From positions 69,752,001 through 69,816,000 of the forward strand of contig CM059432.1 in assembly GCA_030390025.1 (NCBI GenBank): a stretch of DNA of 64,000 nt. The letters run 5' to 3'. How positions within the stretch are numbered: position 1 is the first letter of the stretch; the number at the start of each line of letters is the position of its first letter. The notes under the pieces are model-generated. The model searched no databases. It was not told where the DNA came from and saw only the letters and a program-made list of their open reading frames with translations. The DNA comes from Squalus acanthias (taxonomy: Eukaryota). A program made the position numbers and the translations under genes. Below are positions 38,946-50,849 of the stretch, one piece after another.

Positions 38946-41905
38946 CAAGTCTCTGCATGCCATGCCACCCTATGACATTGTGACCAAGTTCATGAACGAA
39001 TTGTGTGTTGAATTGCAAGTGCAAACTCTCCTCCATGCTAGAGCATCACACTGTCTATACCAAGAAAATATCTATATTATCACATCCAATTGCCAACCAA
39101 TTCTTGATTGTTGGTAAAGTAGCTGGACATGTAAAAACGTGAATGGGAGTAAAGATGACCAGAAATTAAAGGAAAAACAAACAAGTAAATGCAGATATGC
39201 CCAGGGAGGCAATCGAGCCTGGTGAAATCAGTCAATTTTAAGAGGGAGCTGGACTGGCATTTGATGGGAAAATTAATTGAGGGATATCGGTAATGAACTG
39301 TATATTCTGTGTTCGAATTCAGGGCCAGTCAGCTGGGCCAAACTGATCTTTTCTGGTCCTGCACATTCCAGTATTCTTATGTGTTACCCAGAGATAAAAA
39401 GGAAAAGAAAATGAGAAGAGAGGCATAGTCATTGTAAGAAGGTAAAATAAACTATGAAAAGTAGCTATTGGAAGATGAACAAAGAGATGAGGGAATTAAA
39501 GATTCTATGACATTCCAAGATGAAAATAAACAATGTATTACTTTCAATCAGTAGTCTCACAAAAGTATGATTGGTGAGCTATATGAGATCAAAATGTTGA
39601 CACTATCTGAATAATCTCTCATGGAATTGTTTACCTTGGAAAGTCTGAAGAGGTGACCAGAGCTGAAATGGATATATCTGCTGTCACAACAGTAAGTGCC
39701 TTTCCTCTTGTTATGCACCATATTAGACAAGAAATTTAGTATGTGATAAAAGTTAGCCTTTTTTATGGATAACATTATCTGTCTTGCAGTAAGCTCTGCC
39801 TGTCATTCTGCTGTCTTTTGTAAAGTTTCTGTCTGTCACACTTGGCATCATGAATAGTTTGAAGCAACCCAAGCCAATTTAATCTTTGCTTGTAACTTCT
39901 GTAAGTCCACTGTTAGAGGAGCTAAACGCAGTTTCATTTAATGAAAATGTCACTGCTGTCTTCTTGCCCATGCCCCCAGCTGCAGAATGCAACTTTACTT
40001 GATCGAAATGACAGTACTGTCTACTTGCTCCTTATGGTCTCCTTTCCAAATCATTAGAATTTTCCTTTTCTCTGTCTTCTGTCATGATTCTTCAATTTGT
40101 AGCTGTTCTACAGAGAAGTCTAGCCTTTTTGGCTCACTTTTCTCCTCCAAGTTTAATCTTGAAACCATAAAGAACTTCCATTGTTCCATATTGTTAACAT
40201 TATGATCAACGTGAAAGAGTACATTTTCTACTTCTGCACTCCTGGCTCATATGTATTAAAATTAATCAATGGTGCACCCACATAATTTTTTGTGCAGGAT
40301 AAAAATTTACCCCTATATTTTAGCCCCAAAAGATCTGTCAGATTCTCCATTCTCTGGACTCCAATAAGATGTCCTTAAGATGTGTGCCTCCAAATTATAT
40401 TGGACCTGTCCTATGGCATTCTTTTAATCACGCTTACTTTCAATCCACCCTTTCATCTACTTGGAATTTTCTATCCTTAAAGAAAGTGATTTCCTCTTAC
40501 CCTTCAAATTATATTGGTACTTTCTGAGGTAATGGAACCTGCTGTTAACTCTGAAATGGTCCATCCCCTTGAAAGTTCTGATATAATCCATGATTGACAG
40601 AATAGTTTTGCAGGGCTGCTCCTCTGGTGATTTTGTTGCTTGAATTATGCACTTCTGAAACACTGCTCCTGACGACTGTGGTGAATCATCGATCAATTCC
40701 TTGGTCCAGTGATTTAGTGACAAATTTAAAATGGGTATACTGTACATTATGTACAGCATTTATTTTCCTAGGCAGGTCTGGGGGATTCTCCCCAGAATTT
40801 TTTTAAATTTTTGACACTTTATATAATACAGTTTCCAGCATTTTGGAGTAGACCTTTTATATATTTTTTCTGCTGTGAATACAACCCCATTGTACTGAAC
40901 CGAAAAATCTAATAGTGAACCACATATAATTAACAAAATACCTTACTTGGTTCGTAACTTATTTATTGGTGTACCACTATACTTTTTTTCTGTCTGTTGG
41001 TGATATTTGTGCTTTGTTCCTCTGTCCCCTGTTTTAACTCCGGTGTTAACCCATTTATTTTAAGCGGCTAAATACCGCAGTTTAAATAACAGATAAAGGA
41101 ATGTTATATGAATGTGTTATGCTTTCGTCCACTTATATAATGAACAGCAATTTTTAGACTTTGGTCTCAAAATGAATAACTGATATATTTTATTGTTTGG
41201 TATAAAACAAACTCTCCATTACAGTAATTTCCAGAGCCTCACAATCTTCATCACAAGGCCTGATTCGCCTGGACTTTGTGTAAATTGATATCTTTTGGAG
41301 CCAGAAGCTTAACCTCCACAAATAAAAAGTGCATGTACCCAGTTACAATACAAAAGGACTTAAAGGCAACTACAGTAAAAAGCAAATAAATCCATGTCCC
41401 AGCCAAATCCAATATATATGTTGTAAGGTCGGTTCAAACTGGTTTTGAATTGTAGGCTGGAAGGGAGGATCCAAGCTACTTTTGAAAAAGTGCAGACTGT
41501 GATTCATTCAGTTAAAAGTATAACTCTCAATTATTTTGAGATCAAATGTCAATTATGAAAAGCTAGACAACTGGTGAAAGGGGCCCTGAAATTCCATGCC
41601 ATTTTTGGCGTTTTTGGGGCCTAAACTCAGGGCAACATTATTGACTGGCCAACAAAATAAGACAGATGCCATTTGCCCCAGTTTTCCATCCCAAAATCAA
41701 TCCCCCCATGTTCCCAAACACGAGTTGGCCCTTCCTGCAATCCAATTGCAAATTCCCATTTTAAATATAGTTAATTATCAGCTGCAGCCCCAAATGTCCT
41801 ACTTTATGCTTACAATACACTAGTGATAAGTTAGAATGAGAAATACAAAGCGCAGCAGTTGCCAGGATCGGTTGAGACAGGCAGAAGAGGGGCTTTTAAG
41901 TCTGG

Positions 41906-42617
41906 ACAACAACAACTTCTATTTATATAGCACTTTTAACATAGTAAAACATTCCAAGGCATTTCACAGGAGCATTATAAAACAAAATTTGAAAACGAGC
42001 CTCATATGGAGATATTAGGGCAGATGACAAAGAGGTAGGTTTTAAGGAGCATCTTAAAGGAGGAAAGAGAGGTAGCGAGGCAGGAGAGGTTTAGGGAGAG
42101 AATTCCAGAGCTTAGGGCCTCGGCAGCTTAAGGCACGGCCTCCAATGGTGGAGCGATTAAAATCGGGGATGCGCAAGAGTTCAGAATTGGAGGAGCGCAG
42201 AGATCTTAGAGTGTTGTAGGGCTGGAGATTACAGAGATAGGGAGGGGCAAGGCATTGGAGGGATTTGGAAACAATGATGAGAATTTTAAAATTGAGGCGT
42301 TACTTAACCGGGAGCCAATGTAGGTCAGCGAGCACAGGGGTGATGGGTGAATGGGACTTGGTGTGAGTTAGGGCACGAGCAGCAGAGTTTTGGATGACCT
42401 CAAGTTTACGTAGGGTAGAACGTGGGAGGCCAGCCAGGAGTGAGTTGGAATAGTCAAGTCTAGAGGTAACAAAGGCATGGATGAGGGTTTCAGCAGCAGA
42501 TCAGCAGAGGCAGGGACGGAGTCGGGCGATGTTACGGAGGTGGAAATAGGCGGTCTTAGTGATGGCGCGGATATGTGGTCGGATGCTCATCTCGGGGTCA
42601 ATACGACACCAAGGTTG
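41906..42617 (-). mobile_element. L2 LINE 3' portion
   Basis: Minus strand DPEMSIRPHIRAITKTAYFHLRNIARLRPCL...; same 3' end and (GTT)n tail as 26575-26987. Confidence 0.85.
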
Positions 42618-43449
42618 AGTGTTGAGAGTTTCACTAGCGATTACTGCAACCGGAAATAACTTTCTGGAGATTTGAATACCACTTGCACGCCCTGGAAGTG
42701 TTCTTTTTATACCCTTCTCATACTCCTGGATAAGATGCAAGAAAAAGATAGTTGTCTGATAGGTGATCCCTCTCTCACATCTAGACCCTGAATTTCCATA
42801 GGGTTCTCCTAATCTCCTGCCATAACTTTGGTAGGAGGACAGCAGAGCCACCATAGAAATGACATAAATTGCCATCTATGCCAGTGTCCTGCTGGAGAAC
42901 CCCTGAAGAAATTCCAGGTGCTAATCTCCAACCTCTTTCTCTATTGCAACTTTTCTTGTCTTTCTCTATTTTATTTATAGTTTTTATTGCGTGCTCCTCT
43001 GAAATCTCCTCCTGCGGTTTCTTCCAAGCTCCAAATACGCCATTCTACATACTCTTCCTCTTTCCTACATCCCCACTGTGTTGAAATCAAGACCCACGCT
43101 ATAGCTTTCAACTTCAATATTCTTCCCCATTGCCTGAATACTGTGGAATCTTGCACCTCTTACTTCCCTTAGTCTTCTCTTCTTCCTGCAATCTGTGGAC
43201 TTTTAAGACCCAATATTAATGTCAGTTAATCACTGCTTTCTGATTTATCTCATCGCTTTTACTTTTGTCAATATTGGTGGTATCCTGCACTATAGACTTT
43301 GGTCCTTCACCTTAAAAAGTACATTCAAGCAATACTGTGGACTCACATACTTCACTTATAAAATAACTAATTATTATCTGTTTCCATAGAATAACCTGGA
43401 GCATTAACTGAATTACTAGCAACAACAGAAGACAATCAAAAAGCTATCA

Positions 43450-45207
43450 TTAATTTACCAGGCATCAGCATAGAGACAGAGCTGGATTCACCTCCGCAAC
43501 ACAGCAAATCTCCATCACAGGACAGCACATACAGTGCATGGAGTTGATAGACCATGCATGAGCTGAAAGTGATCTAGAGAGACCAGTGAGATGATTACCT
43601 CATTCTCTGACATCCATAATGTGCTAGACCAGTAGTGGGCTGAAAGGTATACCTCATTGACCCAGGTAATGAGCAATATAGGGGCACTGCACCACAAAGC
43701 AGCATACGCCCGTCACCCCCACCCCCGCAACCCCACAGCGATTATTTGAAGCATTCCCCCTTCTGGTATGCCGTCTTTTGTGACCCTCACAACAGCAGAG
43801 CAGGCTCAGGAGTGGCCAAGCAGCTGGAGATGGGAGACGGAGAGAGGGGGACATCTCAGCAACCTGGTGACAGAATTACATATCATACAGCGACATGGCA
43901 TACATCAGTCACTCATATGGGGACTGATATCATCAGCCACTGAATGGTCATCATGTGCATAATGGTATGTGCACCCATTCTTCATATGGCATATCTAACT
44001 CATCTCTTTACTCTCCCACAGGTTCATTAAGAACCACCCCCCCCCCCCCCCCCGAACTGTCCAGGAGGAAGAGCAAGACGACTCCTCAGAGGAGCCTCCA
44101 GCATCTGAGGGCGCAGCCTCACCAGACATGAGTGCACCCAGCACCAGCACAGAGACACACGCCTCGGTGGGTCCGATGCGAGATAGAGTAGTGTTGTCAC
44201 CGGGGTCGTCACAAGTGAGCAAGAGCAGATGGTAGAGACAGGGACAGCAGTGGAGACTCCTCGCTGGAGGACACAGGACGCTCCCAGCTCTGCTCAGCTG
44301 CATGCAGGTGCTGAGCCTCGGGGCCATCCAGAAAGACGGCGATCCTGGAGGTGCAGCAAGAAGTGCAGGAGGCTCTGACAGGCTTTACGAGCGCAATGTC
44401 TACAAATGTTCAGAGAATGGAGGAGTCATATGAGTGAACAGCGTAAAGTTAAGTAAATCTGGCCATGATGAGGCCTTCCCTGGTCTCCCGAGCAGCAATG
44501 TGCTCGGGTGCTGATGCCCTCTGTTCTGTGCAGCATCAGGTGGTTGTGGAGAAGGTTGTGGTGTTGTAGGTGCTGCTGCTGTGCCTGGTGCTGCTGGTGT
44601 TGGGGCTCATCGTGGTCAGATTCTGAGGACCAAGGTTAGACAGAATAAATGGCACCCATGCTGATAGAATAGATAGCAGGTCAAGTAGAGTTGACAGAAG
44701 CAATCTGTCAATGGTGAGAGTGGTTCTTCCAATGAGGTGACACTGGATGGAAACTTTGCTGGAAATACTTGCAGCCTGCAGAAAGTTAAATTTGTGCTGG
44801 CAATGTAGTCAGCAACAGCTTCTGCCTGAGGAAAGTGATCAGCTGTGAAGTCGGAGCTTTTATAGTACATTTGATGCTTTCAAGTAATCAGCTGGAGCAA
44901 TGGCCACTCAACTCCCGCCTCAGGTTGACAGATGTGGTTCCCGAGCTGCGTGAATCCCGTGGCCATGCTGGGAAATTTGAAATGTAGGGGGGAAAAGGCT
45001 CTTCAGTGTCTGACAACAAGATATAATGATTTCAATTAGGTTGCTCGCCTCTGCTGGTCTGGTCGCTGCTGCACCGGCAAACACGCCTGAGGGAAAGGCG
45101 GGTGGGGGCGGGATGATGGCGGGTTCCCGACCTGCTCCGACTTTTTTCAAATTTCCCTCACGACCCGCCTCCGATCGCGCCTGCACGGACCCCAGAAAAT
45201 TGCAGCC
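43450..45207. mobile_element. Decayed Harbinger-related sequence with a right terminus
   Basis: Low-complexity SAPSTSTET-type ORF remnants and a GC-rich subterminal region ending GAAAATTGCAGCC. Boundaries uncertain. Confidence 0.4.
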
Positions 45208-45444
45208 GTAATCTTAATGGCCTCTATCAGTTCACCCCTCAGCCTTCTCTTTTCCAGAGAAAAGAGCCCCAGCCTAGCAAAAATCTATCGATCTCAGATT
45301 TAAAATTATTAATTGAGCTAGCATCTACATTGTGTAATGTTTGTTATGATTACAAAGTTGTTTCCGTGGGTGTGAAAGTGTAACCTGGTATCAGCTAGAC
45401 TGAGGTTATTTGCTTTGGCATGGGAGTTTCCCTTAACTGAAATT

Positions 45445-46120
45445 GGGGCCGTGTGAGTTTAACGGCAGGACCTCATTTAAATTTTCTGACTCAGTTTCCC
45501 GGCCAGATTGAGAGGCTGGCTGGCTGTTGGGCGGGAAGGACTGCGGCACCAAGCTACAGCGGAGAGCGAAGAGGAAGGAGGGAGAGATCGTGGGCTTGGG
45601 GGACATCGTGGAGGGCCTGGAAGGACATTGGGGGGCGGGCGGATTTGTACATCGGTGGGGGGAGGGGAGCGTGGAGAGGACATGGGGGGGCACGGAGAAC
45701 ACATCACGGGCCGTGAGTAGATCGGCGGGGGGGCGGGGTGGGGGCAAGTGCAGGAGAGGAGATCGCGTAGATCGGTGTTGGGGTGCGATCGCCAGAGGGT
45801 GGGTCAGTTCGCGGGAGGGAGGGTCAGAGGATTGCGGGGAGGGAAGCAGGTTACCTTGTGGGGCCGGGGGGAAGCACTCCTGCCCCTCCTGGCCCACAAG
45901 CAATGCTGTAAAGGCACTTACCTGATGGATCCGGCCCTTCTCGCCTCCCTTCAGTTGCTGTGTTTCCCGAGCCCTGGGCAATCTGGCCCACAGGCGTTAA
46001 AAGTAAAAGTTTGGTCAAATTTGAGGCGCGCAGCCTCATTAAAATATTTAAATGACAAACTTGCCTCTGGAGAGCAAGTTAGTCACCCGCCCCCGCCCCC
46101 GCCCCCCCCCCCCCCTCCCC
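45445..46120. mobile_element. Harbinger-type MITE fragment related to 8240-8968
   Basis: G-rich GATCG repeats. GCACTTACCTG..GGATC, TTTCCCGAG.CCTGGG and GCAGCCTCATT blocks shared with 8660-8800. Confidence 0.45.
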
Positions 46121-46184
46121 CCGACCCCTGTAGCAGAGTTCTGGATGAGCTCAAGTTTACAGAGCATGGAGGATGGGATGCTTG

Positions 46185-47789
46185 TGTAAGGGATACTCTC
46201 CTGACCCTGCGTGTCTCGTAACCTGTGAGGTTCACGCGGCTCTGTGCAGCCTGTATGTCAGTGCGGGTCTAGGCCTGGTCTCCAGCCAGTCTGGGAACAC
46301 TAGACACCCCTGTGAGTGGTTCGAATCACTCTCCCTTACGGTTCTAGACACTGGACTTAGATGCGAGAGCAGTAATGGAGATAAAACTCATGTAGACTTG
46401 GTTTGAACGGTACGAAATGGAAAATCTTTATTGCATGATACTGAAAATTATGAAATACATGTCATATGCACAGATTAATGACAGTACAATCTTACAAACA
46501 GTTATAATCACTCTTAGGGAAACGAGGAACGACCAGCACAACGTAAATAGGGCACACATTACAAATATCCTTAATCTTTAAAACCCTCCCCTATTAATGT
46601 CTATCCTAAAACTAGCTTCGTAGGATCCCGAGACTCATGCTCACCACTCGTAATAACTCGGAGAAATCCCGAATAGCTGATCGGATGTTTTTCACCGCAG
46701 CACCCACGTGTTGGTCAGGAGATCTCCTGGTCCCACTTGTTTACTGCTTCTGCTGCTCGGTCAGTCGGCTGGACCGTCCGCTGTAGTGAAGACCTCTGTT
46801 GGTGGGCTTCAAAGTTTAATCGTGGAGCACCGTTGTCAATATCACTGATACGATGTGTTTACACAGTCCAGTTATCATTGATGCAATATGTCTTGTTAAA
46901 GAAGAAAACTTCCTGTCGAGAAGACTTGGCTGATCGACCTACAGGCGCGGTCGGGATTTACTGACCGTGGCGATGGATAAGGTCTTCTTCTCTTCTCCTC
47001 TCATCTCATCTCATCTCATCTCATCTCATCTCGGGCCTTCGGTTCCGCTGCCAGCTACCAACATAGGTCTTTGCAACAGTCTTTTACACAGGAGCAGCCA
47101 CGATGATAACAGCAACAAGCGGCAAGAGTCAAGAACACGAGGCAAGAGCCAAGAGCAAGAGGCCAGAGAGAGAATGGACGGTTTGGGGCCTGCAATTATA
47201 GTGCACAGTTCTTCCGTTTCCCGCCCAACTACAATGTCCATTCTTTTGTTTAAGGTTTGGCGCCCAAAAATGTCCTGTACGGGTGATCTCTGTCCTTAAT
47301 GGGTTTCGGGGCTACTCCTGAATGTTTGAGTACCTGTTAATATTTCTCCCATTGTTAAATCGGTCGGTGTTCCCCCTGGAGGGGTTTGGGGCTTCCAAGT
47401 GTCCTGTATAACTACCTGCTAACGGCTCTCTCATCGTAGAGCCGTTGGGAGTTTACATACTAATGTCCTTTGGATGGGCCCTTGATGGCTTTCCTTTGTA
47501 CCTGGGAGACCGATTCCAGTATCGATGTTTATACTGTAAACCCATAATGTCCTGTGTATTGTCTTCACTGTGCTGAATCGTTATCGATCTTGCAAGAATG
47601 TTTATTGGAACGCCATCTTGTCTGCCTGTTGAAAAGTCTAGAATGTTCTGTCACGAGGTGCGGCGGCCATTTTACAGGCTGCTTGTGTCCAATTTAAACC
47701 TGACAGCATTCTGCTGAAATAAAAGCTGTTTGAACGAAACTTTGTGTTTTCTCCTTATTAATCAAATCGCGATAATTGCGAATTCTACA
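46185..47789 (-). repeat. 3' LTR (1605 bp)
   Basis: Direct repeat of 53827-55426. Starts TGTAAGGG and ends ATTCTACA on +. Six TCATC units. Confidence 0.95.
46427..46432 (-). terminator. Candidate poly(A) signal AATAAA of the 3' LTR
   Basis: TTTATT on +, ~240 bp from the outer end of the LTR (same site at 54069-54074 in the 5' LTR). Confidence 0.55.
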
Positions 47790-47800
47790 GTCCCTCCTGT
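47790..47800 (-). other. Polypurine tract (ACAGGAGGGAC) abutting the 3' LTR
   Basis: Purine-rich stretch immediately 5' of TGTAGAATT on the minus strand. Confidence 0.7.
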
Positions 47801-48213
47801 TGATGCGAATAACTCCGCTTATCGTATCAAAAATCTCAGTGGTGAGCAATCTTATCTCGATTTCACTCCGAATCCAGTAAATTAATCCCATAAAATTTTA
47901 ACTTGACTAGGGTCTCTGTGTCGTCCTTATTTCCCAAGAAAATCACATTTTATATCACCGTAGGCATCATTTGCCCTTAAACTTACACCACTTGTTTTCC
48001 TTTCCGGCGTAACCAGGCCGATACCTCACGCATCACCTGTATATTTGTCTTTTATTCAAGGGAAGGAAAAACAAAACCCAAAAACCAAACAATCAACACC
48101 ATCACCAAAATAAACAAATCCCAACTCTTAAACATATCGAGTTTCCAACGTATTTACAGTGAGTACAAACTTCCGCGGCGCACGTGGCGAGCGGGAGTGA
48201 CGCCGTTTTCCCA

Positions 48214-50565
48214 TTACACTGCGCTCTCATCGTGCACGCGCACGTAACGTTCTCGCCACTCTCCCGTGTTCTCATGCTTGGTGAGGCGTTTGTCTCTTTT
48301 ACAATGTATGAACAAAAGGTATACTACAATAAACACTTGACAGACGACTAAAATGTGGGAGGCTATTCTGACCCATGAGGGCACTTCAATATTCGTGAAC
48401 AGATTCCACCACGGTGGAACCACTATGTCCAAAATGTCTGTACCTATCTCGACGGTTTTCTGTTCTAATGTATAAAAATGCTTTTGTGACACCGCGACGG
48501 CTTTCAGAAGTTTGGTTAAATGCTCGGGGAGAGGGGGAATGAGGTACCCAAAATGTGCGACAAATCGCTGCAAGTCGGTAAAATTCTCTTTTACTGTGAG
48601 ATGAACAGTGGATGGTTCAGGGATTGGGATAATTCGCTGTTGTGCTACTTGAACTTCAGCCCTGGGTTTAAAACAGAAACTGCTGTCACTCACCGGACAC
48701 CGGCTACGGTTTCCATGCTGGTAGTGTTGCGCTGCAGTGGTAACACAGTATGTTCCACCCCCGATGTATGCTACCTGCGGAGGCACATGATCTTGTGCCA
48801 TTGCCTCCATGGTGCAATTCATGGACTTGGCGCCAGCCGTTCTGAACCCGCACTGTGGTGTTAAAAAGGCATTCAAGTGCTGGGGGCACAGTATTATGTG
48901 TGCTCCCCTGCCACGACAACCAGAGAGATCTGTACCTGTCATCGTTTGCTCCCAGCGGATGACGTAAGGTGGAACCGCTGCATAACGAATGTGGGCTCCC
49001 CCCTGAATGACACCAATGTTCTCTACCCGATACACCGGGGCGGGCTTTGCTGTGTTGCCCAAAACCGGCATGCGTAATACTATTCCCATAATAGTATGGT
49101 TTGAACGTCCGCAGTCCACGGGGACTGGGTAAGCTTCTGAAGCTAGCCTGAGCTGGCACGGACTTAATGCATTCTGAAAAGGGTGGAGCGCCCGCAGGTG
49201 TTTGTTACTTATCCAGGACGGAACCAAACCTTGTTTTAAATCCTCCAAATTACTGCGGCCCTCGCCCAGTAACCACGCCCCGTAAAGCACGCACACCTCG
49301 TTCTGCGCAGCTTGATCGGATGCATTCCGATCTTCCCTAATCAGGGCATTTACCGTACGCGCATGTTTCTCCAGCTCTGCTATGATTTCCTTTAAGTGGA
49401 GTGTCATGGCTTGGTCCTCGTGCAGACCCGACCCTACCACTTTATTCTCATCTGTAAGAATATCCTTTAACTGTGTTTTTAAACCATTAATCTGGGTCTG
49501 CAGCTCCACACTGTCTAGAGCGTTGACCACAGATGTCCCTGTGTTAAAAGCAGTGAACGCATCGTTCACCAAACCCCTTCTTTGCCTCCCAACTTGATCC
49601 AAAACTTCCTGCGGTGCGGTGTACAAACTTGTCTTATCAATTTCTGCAAAATCAAACTCGTAAAATTGCCTGAACATCTTGGTCAACAGGACCTGGTACA
49701 ACTGTTCCGTCTTTTTGGGGCACCACTCTGGTAACCGTACCTCAGTGAGATTTAAAATCACCGAGGCCACCGCGTAATGCACTCCCTGAAATAGTATCTG
49801 GTCTGTGGGGACCAGTACCAAACCGTTCCCGGGTCCCTTACTAGTTTTAGGGCACCCTTCTTCCTCAGTTAGAACTACCGGAATCGTGGGCGGGGCTTTG
49901 CGTGGGCGCGTAATGAGCTCAGTGGCATTTACTGGGATCGGAGAGTATGGGGCTCCGCACCCCCTGGTGCTCGCATCCCACCTCATCCCCTGTCCGTTAT
50001 CCTGCCACTGGTTAATAAAGAATATGGAGATGCCTTTGGGGCAAACGTACTTTGACCCCCACATACAAACATAAATCCCCTCATCCGGTTCCCACCATTT
50101 GTCCCAACAGACTTTCACTTGTCCATCTGTCCCCGTAATTGTCCGATGGGTATTATTACCCAGTCGCTCCCACTCAACCGAAGAGTTCCTCATAGTTTTG
50201 CTCAGCTTTCGCAGCCACCACCATCGGCTCAATGGGACATTCCCACTGCAGGTCAAACAAATCCGTTTGCCGACGGTGACGCTGATCCTGGGTGCGATGA
50301 TCCGTACTTTGGGGCACATTAAAGAAGTCTCTTTGTAGGCGAACCCCGATGTGCTGGAATACTCCGTTGAGTTCGTTCCCAGCCATCCTGGCCACCTTCC
50401 CTTGTGGAAATAGGTGCTGGTCCCTTCTGCCTTCCGTCTCCCGGTCCCATCCACCGCGATGGGGGCCGTGTCCCCGGAACATCCAAACACCACGACATCC
50501 TTGGTGAGGCCCCGATAGGCCAATCCACATCCGATTGCCGCGAGCAATACTATGAGTCGTTCCAT
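48214..50565 (-). CDS. env: Env-like class I fusion glycoprotein, 783 aa, with N-terminal Ig-like domain
   Basis: Signal peptide MERLIVLLAAIGCGLA. Ig signature VTVGKRICLTC..W..DEGIYVC. Furin site RQRR (aa 327-330) followed by a fusion-peptide-like GLVNDAFTAFNTGTSVVNAL and heptad repeats. Cys-rich region, TM IASHILVVCQVFIVVYLLFIHC, and basic tail with YVRV. Several N-glycosylation sequons. Confidence 0.9.
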   Translation of the reverse strand: MERLIVLLAAIGCGLAYRGLTKDVVVFGCSGDTAPIAVDGTGRRKAEGTSTYFHKGRWPGWLGTNSTEYSSTSGFAYKETSLMCPKVRIIAPRISVTVGKRICLTCSGNVPLSRWWWLRKLSKTMRNSSVEWERLGNNTHRTITGTDGQVKVCWDKWWEPDEGIYVCMWGSKYVCPKGISIFFINQWQDNGQGMRWDASTRGCGAPYSPIPVNATELITRPRKAPPTIPVVLTEEEGCPKTSKGPGNGLVLVPTDQILFQGVHYAVASVILNLTEVRLPEWCPKKTEQLYQVLLTKMFRQFYEFDFAEIDKTSLYTAPQEVLDQVGRQRRGLVNDAFTAFNTGTSVVNALDSVELQTQINGLKTQLKDILTDENKVVGSGLHEDQAMTLHLKEIIAELEKHARTVNALIREDRNASDQAAQNEVCVLYGAWLLGEGRSNLEDLKQGLVPSWISNKHLRALHPFQNALSPCQLRLASEAYPVPVDCGRSNHTIMGIVLRMPVLGNTAKPAPVYRVENIGVIQGGAHIRYAAVPPYVIRWEQTMTGTDLSGCRGRGAHIILCPQHLNAFLTPQCGFRTAGAKSMNCTMEAMAQDHVPPQVAYIGGGTYCVTTAAQHYQHGNRSRCPVSDSSFCFKPRAEVQVAQQRIIPIPEPSTVHLTVKENFTDLQRFVAHFGYLIPPLPEHLTKLLKAVAVSQKHFYTLEQKTVEIGTDILDIVVPPWWNLFTNIEVPSWVRIASHILVVCQVFIVVYLLFIHCKRDKRLTKHENTGEWRERYVRVHDESAV

Positions 50566-50578
50566 CCTTCCTTGGTTC

Positions 50579-50600
50579 CTGTGATCAGATAGAATGAGGT
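50579..50600 (-). promoter_or_regulatory. Candidate splice acceptor for env mRNA
   Basis: Minus strand CCTCATTCTATCTGATCACAG|GAACCAAGGAAGGATG: pyrimidine-rich tract and CAG|G 13 nt before the env ATG. Confidence 0.5.
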
Positions 50601-50849
50601 AGCCAGCCTCGCAAAAAGTCTCTGGCTTTTGTGAAGGGTGAGCGGGTCCCCTGACCTCGCCTCACGTAAACTTCAACGTTTGCTAAATAGACTTCCTCTA
50701 AACCTAGCCTTAAAACTCCCATCATTTTGTCGTTATCTGTTAAAAACACTACAAACTTAACCTTATTAAAACTACTTAAAACTTTAAACTAAAACTTAAA
50801 ACCTTAAACTAATAACTTTACAATGCCGCCCGTTCTCAGGGCGGCCCCT

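Noticed and set aside
39460..43300. AT-rich stretches with a hint of ancient minus-strand coding sequence (possibly L1-like)
   Set aside because: Apart from the L2 at 41906-42617, I could not recover any diagnostic motif by eye.
46737..47299. Short ORFs duplicated in both LTRs (75 aa +, 71 aa -, 110 aa +)
   Set aside because: They recur only because the LTRs are duplicated. No recognisable domains, and the 110-aa ORF is broken by the microsatellite difference in the other LTR.
48520..50592. Overlapping antisense and alternate-frame ORFs within env
   Set aside because: Short, mostly non-ATG starts and no domains. Expected by chance in a GC-balanced coding region.
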